A DNA stretch of 32,000 bases from an uncultured Chloroflexia bacterium (GTDB lineage: Bacteria; Chloroflexota; Anaerolineae; JAAYZQ01). Of this stretch, positions 26,737 to 32,000 are shown piece by piece. Location: assembly GCA_963749455.1 (NCBI GenBank), contig CAVVMX010000006.1, positions 125,769 to 157,768 of the forward strand, given 5' to 3'. The notes under the pieces were generated by a model, which saw only the letters and a program-made list of their open reading frames with translations, did not search any database and was not told the origin of the DNA. Positions within the stretch are counted from its first letter, which is position 1, and each line of letters starts with the position of its first letter. A program made the position numbers and the translations under genes.

Positions 26737-26985
26737 CTACTCCTTGGACTGCTTGCGGCGGTGACGCCCAGGTTCGCCTTTATCGTCTGGTTCACCGCCG
26801 TGCTCGCCACGGGGCAGGTCGACGATCTCGGCGCCGACCTCGGCTGCGAGCTTTTCCAGTTCGGCCCGGCGGAACCGTACCTGGAACAGCTCCAGGTCGA
26901 GGTCCTCGATAGCGACGATGGCAAAGCGGGGCCGGCCTGTGCCCCGGCCGGCGCGACGCCGGCATCGGACAAAGATCTTGCTCAT
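26737..26985 (-). CDS. small basic hypothetical protein (82 aa)
   Basis: AAAGGAG immediately upstream of ATG 26985, plus its own promoter candidate. MSKIFVRCRRRAGRGTGRPRFAIVAIEDLDLELFQVRFRRAELEKLAAEVGAEIVDL.... I do not recognise a family. A codon-aligned antisense ORF (26731-27072) also exists. Confidence 0.5.
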   Translation of the reverse strand: MSKIFVRCRRRAGRGTGRPRFAIVAIEDLDLELFQVRFRRAELEKLAAEVGAEIVDLPRGEHGGEPDDKGEPGRHRRKQSKE

Positions 26986-27040
26986 ATGGCTCCTTTCTGG
27001 CCGGACCTGCCCGAGCCTGTCCGGCTGATCGTGGACAGTT

Positions 27041-27056
27041 TTGGGCAGATGCCCAA
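27041..27056. promoter_or_regulatory. perfect inverted repeat TTGGGCA-GA-TGCCCAA (operator or 5'-UTR hairpin candidate)
   Basis: Seen directly in the sequence. Lies between the minus-strand -10 element and the small ORF RBS. Confidence 0.4.
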
Positions 27057-27060
27057 CAGT

Positions 27061-27089
27061 ACAATACTCTGAGAAGGCAGGTTTGTCAA
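27061..27089 (-). promoter_or_regulatory. sigma-70-type promoter candidate for the small minus-strand ORF
   Basis: On the minus strand: TTGACA (27089-27084), 17-nt spacer, TATTGT (27066-27061). Confidence 0.45.
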
Positions 27090-27092
27090 GTT

Positions 27093-27779
27093 ATGATCTT
27101 TATCGGTCTCGACGACACCGACACCCTGGAATCGCGGGGCACCGGCCACCTGGCGCGGCAGATCGCTGCCGCCCTGGCTGCCGACTATGCCGTGCTGGGC
27201 GTGGTCCGCCACCAGCTGCTGCGAGACCCGCGCGTGCCGTGCACCAAGAACAACAGCAGCGCGGCCATCCTGCTCGACGGCGACCGCACGGCGACCTCCG
27301 CCGAGCTGACCGAGCGGCTGCGGGCCATGATGCTGGACGACTTTCAGCCCGGCAGCGACCCCGGCCTGTGCGTCGCCAGCCTGGTGCCCCAGGCCGTGGT
27401 CGAGTTTGGCCGCCGCACACAGCGCGAGCTGGTCACCCAGGATGAGGCGCGTGCGCTCGCCGCTGCCCACGCGATCCCGCTGCTGGGCCTGGGCGGCGAC
27501 GAAGACGGGGTGATCGGCGCGCTGGCCGCCGTCGGGCTGGCTGCCAGCGGCGAGGATGGCCGCTACGTCCTGGTCGGCCGGCTGCGCGAGCTGGCCGGGC
27601 TTCAGCCGGTGCCGGCGCTGCTGGAGGCCGGCATCGCCGCCGTGCAGACCCTCGACGGCCAGCCGGTGACGACCGGCCTGGTGCAGACCGACAAGCTGCG
27701 CCCTGCCCGTCGCAGCGGCCGTCCCATCGCCGTCGTCGAGTGGGCCGGCGACTGCTGGCAACCGCTCAAGCTCGACTGA
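27093..27779 (+). CDS. conserved hypothetical protein with N-terminal IGxDDTD motif (reminiscent of the TiaS N-terminal region)
   Basis: Intact 228-aa ORF. MIFIGLDDTDTLESRGTGHLARQIAA.... No signal peptide or TM. First gene of the second ECF module. Confidence 0.55.
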   Translation: MIFIGLDDTDTLESRGTGHLARQIAAALAADYAVLGVVRHQLLRDPRVPCTKNNSSAAILLDGDRTATSAELTERLRAMMLDDFQPGSDPGLCVASLVPQAVVEFGRRTQRELVTQDEARALAAAHAIPLLGLGGDEDGVIGALAAVGLAASGEDGRYVLVGRLRELAGLQPVPALLEAGIAAVQTLDGQPVTTGLVQTDKLRPARRSGRPIAVVEWAGDCWQPLKLD

Positions 27780-27802
27780 CCGAGAGATCTGGGGACAGAG
27801 CC

Positions 27803-29235
27803 GTGACCGGCATCCTCCAGGCCGAGGCAGTCGCCTACCGCTATCCCCAGAACGGCTACGGTCTGGCGCCCATCTCCCTGGCCGTCGCAGCCGGGTGAGC
27901 GGCTGCTCATCGCCGGACCGTCGGGCTGCGGCAAGAGCACGCTGGCCCGCTGCCTGACCGGGCTGATCCCCCACCTGTACCGGGGCACCCTCGAAGGCGA
28001 CGTCTGGCTCGACGGCCTGCACACCGCCGCCACCCCGCTGTGGCGCTTGGCCGAGCGCGCCGGGCTGGTCTTTCAGAATCCGGCGGCGCAGATGCTCGGC
28101 CAGTCGGTGGAAGAAGAGATCGTCTTTGGCCTGGAGAACCTGGGCCTGCCGCCGCGCGGCCATCGGCGAGTCGCTGGAGGCGACCCTGGACCGCTTTGGC
28201 CTGGAACCGCTGCGCAACCGGTCGCCCCAGACCCTGTCCGGCGGCGAGCAGCAAAAGCTGGCCCTGGCCGCGATCATGGCCAGGCAGCCTCCCGTCCTGA
28301 TGCTCGATGAGCCGCTGTCGATGCTCGACACCACGGCCGCCGCCGAGCTGGTCGCCCACCTGGCGGATCTGGCCGATTCTGGCACGGCCCTCGTCATCTG
28401 CGAGCACCGCCACGAGATGGTCCACACCATCCCCGGGCTGCGCACGATCTCCCTGCCCGGCCATGCCCGGGAAGAGACGCAGACCAGTCCTGCCTCACCT
28501 CCCGTGCCGACTGGCGTCGACCGCCGGCCTTGGAGGTCTCCGGTCTCACCGTCCACCTGGGCGGCCGGCCCGTCCTGCACGACCTGAGCTTCTCCGCGTC
28601 CGGCGGCGAGGTCGTGGCCGTGGTCGGCCGCAACGGCGTCGGCAAGACGACGCTGCTGCGCGCCCTGGCCGGCCTGCAGAAACACGAGGGCGCCGTGACC
28701 GTCGACGGCCGGCCGCCCGACCTGGGCATGGTCTTTCAGAACGCCGACCTGCAGCTCTTCAACGCGACCGTCCGCGACGAGATCCTCTACCGCGTGCCCG
28801 ATCCCGACCTGGCGCTCTACGCCTGGCTGCTCGAGGCGCTGGGCCTGGCCCGCTACGAGCAGGTGCCGCCCCTGCTGTTGAGCGAGGGCGAAAAGAAACG
28901 GGTGGCTCTGGCTACCGTGTTGATGCGCCAGCCACGCCATGGCCTGTTGCTCGACGAGCCGGCCGTTGGCCAGGACAGCAGCCACAAGGCGATGCTGATC
29001 CACCTGGCCCGGGCGTTGGCCCATGCCGGCAAGCTGGTGATCATGACCACCCACGACCTGGCCCTGGCCGCCCAGGCCGACCGGCTGCTGCTGCTTGGCC
29101 CCGACGGTTTTGTCGCCGACGGGCCGCCGGCCGTCGTCCTGCATGACCAGGCGGCGTGGGCCCGCCTCGGCCTGCTGGTGCCGGACTGGGTGCATGCCAC
29201 GCCGCCGGGCATCCCCGGCAGAGGAGGAGCCATGA
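27803..29235 (+). pseudogene. ECF transporter duplicated ATPase (second copy), at least 3 frame changes; 3' end uncertain
   Basis: GTG 27803. GPSGCGKSTLAR; LSGGEQQKLALAAIM; LMLDEPLSMLD; then a second domain with GRNGVGKTTLLR, LSEGEKKRVALATVL, LLLDEPAVGQD, IMTTHD. Frame changes at ~27896 (an inserted T creates TGA), ~28150 and ~28440-28520. The reading frame runs into the T gene unless a further indel restores the TGA at 29233-29235 (ATGA overlap). Confidence 0.9.
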
Positions 29236-29961
29236 TCAGGCTCGGCGGTGCCGGCCGGCCGCGCAGGCTGGCCCTGGTAGAAGCCTCGCCGCTGCGCCGC
29301 GCCGACCCTCGCACCAAGCTGGCCCTGAGCCTGGCCGTCTCGCTGGCGGTCATGCTGCCGGTGGAGCGGCTGGCCCTGTTCATGGTCGCTCTATGCCGCC
29401 CTGCTTCTCTGGGCGCGCCTGCTGCCCGAGGCGGCCCGCCAGGTGTGGCGCCTCAAGTGGGTGCTGGTCATCCTCTTTGTCGTCGATTGGCTCGTCGTCG
29501 ACCTCGACCTGGCTGTGGTCGTTACCCTGCGGCTGATCCTGCTGGCCGGCGCCTTTGCCCTCTTTTTCGCCACCACCACGCCGGGCGAGATGCGACTGGC
29601 CCTGGAATGGCTGCGGGTGCCCTACCGCTATGCCTTTAGCGTGAGCCTGGCCTTCCAGAGCGTGGGCCTGCTCGACGACGAGTGGCGCGCCATCCGCGAG
29701 GCGCAGCAGGCGCGCGGCGCATGGGCGCCCGCGTCCGGCTGGCGGGAGCTGCTGGGGCGGGTGCGCGACCTGGTGGCCCTGGCCGTGCCGGCCGTGGTGC
29801 TGACCACCAAGCGGGCCTGGGCCATGACCGAGGCCGCCTATGCCCGCGGCTTTGATTCGCCGCACCGCCGGCCCTACCGGCGCCTGGCCATGGGCCGGCT
29901 GGATTGGGCGCTGCTGGCCGGCGCGGCCATCGTCATCCTGCTGTTACTATTGTGGAGATAA
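29232..29961 (+). pseudogene. ecfT: ECF transporter T component (second copy), one frame change near ~29388
   Basis: GGAGGAG RBS. ...ADPRTKLALSLAVSLAVML... then LYAALLLWARLLPE...TTTPGEMRLALEWLRVPYRYAFSVSLAFQSV...AQQARG. Confidence 0.85.
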
Positions 29962-29975
29962 CGGAGGTAAGGATC

Positions 29976-30481
29976 ATGACCCAACGAACTCGCATCCTGA
30001 TCGCCGCCGGCGTCCTGATCGTCCTGGTCGCCGTCGTCCTGGGCATCGACGCCTTGCAGCGTGCCTCGGGCGAGCCGGCTGCCGCAGGCGAGCCCACCGT
30101 GGCGCCCGGCACCATCCCGATCCACCTGGACGGCAAGCTGGTGGGCAGCTTTACCCCTGCCGACCTGGAGCGGCTGGAGAAGGTGAGCTTTGTCGAGCCC
30201 GAAGAGGGCAAGACGCAGGAGGGCTGGCTGCTGCGTGACGTGATCCTGCTCTACGTCGAGCCCGAGAAGCTCGGGGCCGGCACGCTCGTCACGGTGAGCA
30301 GCAGCAGCCGGGACAAGTCGGCGCAGCTGACCTGGGCCGAGGTGGACAACCGGCGGACAATTGCGTCATGTTCGACCTGTCGAACCGGGGCACGCTCAAG
30401 CTGGTGTCGGTGCTGCAGAAGCTGGACACGCGCGACGAGTGGGTGCAGGACGTGGACAGCATCGAGGTCGTCAATCCATGA
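29976..30481 (+). pseudogene. membrane-anchored protein with one extracytoplasmic molybdopterin-oxidoreductase-like domain (ECF accessory candidate), one frame change near ~30350
   Basis: GGAGG lies 8 nt before the ATG. TM ILIAAGVLIVLVAVVLGI. IPIHLDGKLVGSFTPADLERLEKVSF...EGWLLRDVILLYV...TLVTVSSSSRD... then NCVMFDLSNRGTLKLVSVL...EWVQDVDSIEVVNP. The stop overlaps the next ATG (ATGA). Confidence 0.55.
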
Positions 30482-31023
30482 AGGAGCGCTACTTCTCCAC
30501 CTTCCAGCTCATCCTGCTGGCCCTGTTTGCGGCGCTGATCGTCGTGGCCAAGATCGCGCTGCGCCTGCCGCTGCAGATGCCCGGCCATTCGGGCATCTTC
30601 TGGATGGCGATCGTCGTCGTCGCCGCCGGCGTGGTGCCCAAGCGGGGCGCGGCCAGCCTGGTCGGCCTCACCTCGGGCATCATGGCCGCCTTCCTGGGGC
30701 TGGGCGATTTTGGCGCACTCGACACGCTGCTGTCCTACACCGCCGTCGGCGTAGGCACCGACCTGGCCCTGCTGCTGCTGCGCAACCCGGAGAACCTGGT
30801 CGTCGCCACGCTGGTCGGCGCCCTCGGTCACATGGGCAAGTTCCTGGTCAAGTGGGCCATCGCCGGCGTGGCCGGAGCGCCGGCCGGTTTCGTCGCCCTG
30901 GGCCTGGCCCGGTCGCTGATCGGCTACATCATCTTTGGCGCATTGGGTGGCCTGCTCGGCGGATTGACTCTGGCCGCACTGCGCAAGGCCGGCTTCTTTG
31001 CCTACCTGGCCGAGAAAAGATGA
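30478..31023 (+). CDS. ECF transporter S component (second copy)
   Basis: Intact 181-aa ORF. MKERYFSTFQLILLALFAALIVVAKIAL..., 5-6 TM, C-terminal LAALRKAGFFAYL. The N- and C-terminal patterns parallel the S component at 1448. Confidence 0.75.
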   Translation: MKERYFSTFQLILLALFAALIVVAKIALRLPLQMPGHSGIFWMAIVVVAAGVVPKRGAASLVGLTSGIMAAFLGLGDFGALDTLLSYTAVGVGTDLALLLLRNPENLVVATLVGALGHMGKFLVKWAIAGVAGAPAGFVALGLARSLIGYIIFGALGGLLGGLTLAALRKAGFFAYLAEKR

Positions 31024-31162
31024 TCTTTTCCATTCACCTGGCGATGGAAGTTGCCTTATTGAGCAAAAAGGACTAGCATAGGTGAGCCACTTTGCCGATG
31101 CGCGGCAGACCAGGAATGGGCTATAGGTGAGCACATTACAGCTTGGAGTAAAGGAGGTATCA

Positions 31163-32000
31163 ATGGACAAGTCCGGTGTTGGCAGTTTTCACCCGATCCA
31201 GTGCATCTTGCCGCCTCACATGGTCGATGCCATCAAGAAGCGTGGCGACGAGAGCCAACGGAAAATGGCCGAGCAGATCGAAAAGCTCGCTGCCGCGGTC
31301 CGGGTCGAGCGTGAAGCGGCCGCGCCGGCCGGCGCTTTTCTGGGTGTGCCGTCCATACGGAAGGGCCTGACGGCGCAGGTCAAGCGCGAGGTGTACGACG
31401 GCAAGTCCAAAGTGGGCTTGCCCGGCGACTTGGTCCGGCAAGAAGGCGATCCCCCGGTCGCCGACGCGACCGTAAACGAGGTCTACGACGCTGCCGGCGA
31501 CGTCTTTGGCCTCTACTATGACAACTGGCGCCGCAACTCCCTCGACGGCAACGGCATGACCCTCGTCCAGACCGTCCATCACCGCAAGCACTTCAATAAC
31601 GCCTCCTGGAACGGCGCCCAGATGGCCTATGGTGATGGGGATGCGGTCCTCTTTAGGGGTTTTGCCGTTCTGTCTGTGGTCGGCCACGAGCTGTCCCATG
31701 GAGTTGTGCAGTACTCTGGCGGATTGGAATATCGCGATCAGGCTGGGGCACTCAACGAGAGCTTTGCCGACGTGTTCGGTGCGCTGTCGGAGCAGTACAA
31801 GCACAAACAGCGGCCTGCCGACGCCTCCTGGCTGATAGGAGCCGGCATCTTGGGGCCCGACATCCAGGGGACTGCCCTGCGCTCGATGAAGGCGCCGGGT
31901 ATGGCCTACAACGATCCTATCCTTGGCCAGGATCCGCAGCCATTCCACATGGATCTGTATGTCAACACTTCATCCGACAACGGCGGCGTCCACATCAACT
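31163..32000 (+). CDS. M4 (thermolysin-family) zinc metalloprotease, protealysin-like, partial (continues beyond the window end)
   Basis: AAGGAGG lies 5 nt before ATG 31163. Short propeptide with CILPPHMV (PPL-type motif). VVGHELSHGV (HExxH), GALNESFADVFG (third Zn ligand Glu), DNGGVHIN. No signal peptide. This ORF is absent from the ORF track because it is open-ended. Confidence 0.9.
   Translation, partial: MDKSGVGSFHPIQCILPPHMVDAIKKRGDESQRKMAEQIEKLAAAVRVEREAAAPAGAFLGVPSIRKGLTAQVKREVYDGKSKVGLPGDLVRQEGDPPVADATVNEVYDAAGDVFGLYYDNWRRNSLDGNGMTLVQTVHHRKHFNNASWNGAQMAYGDGDAVLFRGFAVLSVVGHELSHGVVQYSGGLEYRDQAGALNESFADVFGALSEQYKHKQRPADASWLIGAGILGPDIQGTALRSMKAPGMAYNDPILGQDPQPFHMDLYVNTSSDNGGVHIN

Noticed and set aside
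26731-27072. 113-aa + strand ORF with a hydrophobic N-terminus
   Set aside because: It is codon-aligned antisense to the 82-aa minus ORF, so its hydrophobic segment mirrors the charged C-terminus of that ORF. It has a GTG start without an SD, whereas the minus ORF has AAAGGAG and its own promoter. It is not fully excluded; both strands show high GC3.
26714-27092. Search for a second Moco-type aptamer in the putative leader of ECF module 2
   Set aside because: CCCGAGCC occurs at about 27010, but there is no matching GCCUCCC...GGAAAGGAG element or closing P1 on the + strand. The AAAGGAG present is on the minus strand and serves as the RBS of the small ORF.
26982-29195. 737-aa minus-strand ORF, the longest in the window
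   Set aside because: It is antisense to clearly recognisable ECF ATPase sequence (Walker A/B and signature motifs on the + strand). Its translation is low-complexity and rich in R, G, A, P and Q, with no recognisable motifs. This is a typical shadow ORF of high-GC DNA.
31077-31137. Direct repeat ATAGGTGAGC x 2 upstream of the M4 protease gene
   Set aside because: It is only 10 nt long, and I could not place a convincing -35/-10 pair around it. Too weak to call as a regulatory site.
30289-31948. Minus-strand ORFs 30289-31170 and 31160-31948
   Set aside because: They are antisense to the second S component and to the M4 protease, whose HExxH and NESFAD motifs are unambiguous on the + strand.

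Overview
High-GC bacterial chromosomal window, coded almost entirely on the + strand, in three parts. (1) 1-11.3 kb, about 67-73% GC. It opens with a partial HtrA-type protease on the minus strand. A candidate Moco/Tuco riboswitch with two tandem terminators follows, in front of a dedicated ECF transporter (S component, fused A1A2 ATPase, T component). After that come a dihaem c-type cytochrome fusion, an extracytoplasmic nucleotide-pyrophosphatase-type protein, a lipoprotein, and a tupB-tupC-tupA tungstate ABC transporter. Six proteins in the window (five here, one in the second ECF module) carry copies of one ~100-aa extracytoplasmic domain that looks like a Cys-less molybdopterin-oxidoreductase (YedY/sulfite-oxidase type) module. 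(2) 11.4-26.6 kb, about 58-62% GC, with every ORF intact. It encodes a yhfZ-like regulator, an M20D amidohydrolase, translationally coupled yhfY(PRD)-yhfU-yhfT-yhfS-yhfX-yhfW-like genes, a non-pyrrolysine MttB-family protein, HPr, a family-5 binding protein with two permeases but no ATPase, and PTS Enzyme I. This is an expanded variant of the functionally uncharacterised E. coli yhf cluster. (3) 26.7-32 kb, high GC again. It holds a small basic ORF on the minus strand, an IGxDDTD-motif protein, a second ECF module with a different gene order, and the start of a protealysin-like M4 metalloprotease. About 27 single-base frame changes interrupt genes in parts 1 and 3, and none occur in the 15 kb of part 2. 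I saw no rRNA, tRNA, CRISPR array, transposase or integrase. All homology calls come from reading translated motifs by eye; no searches were run.
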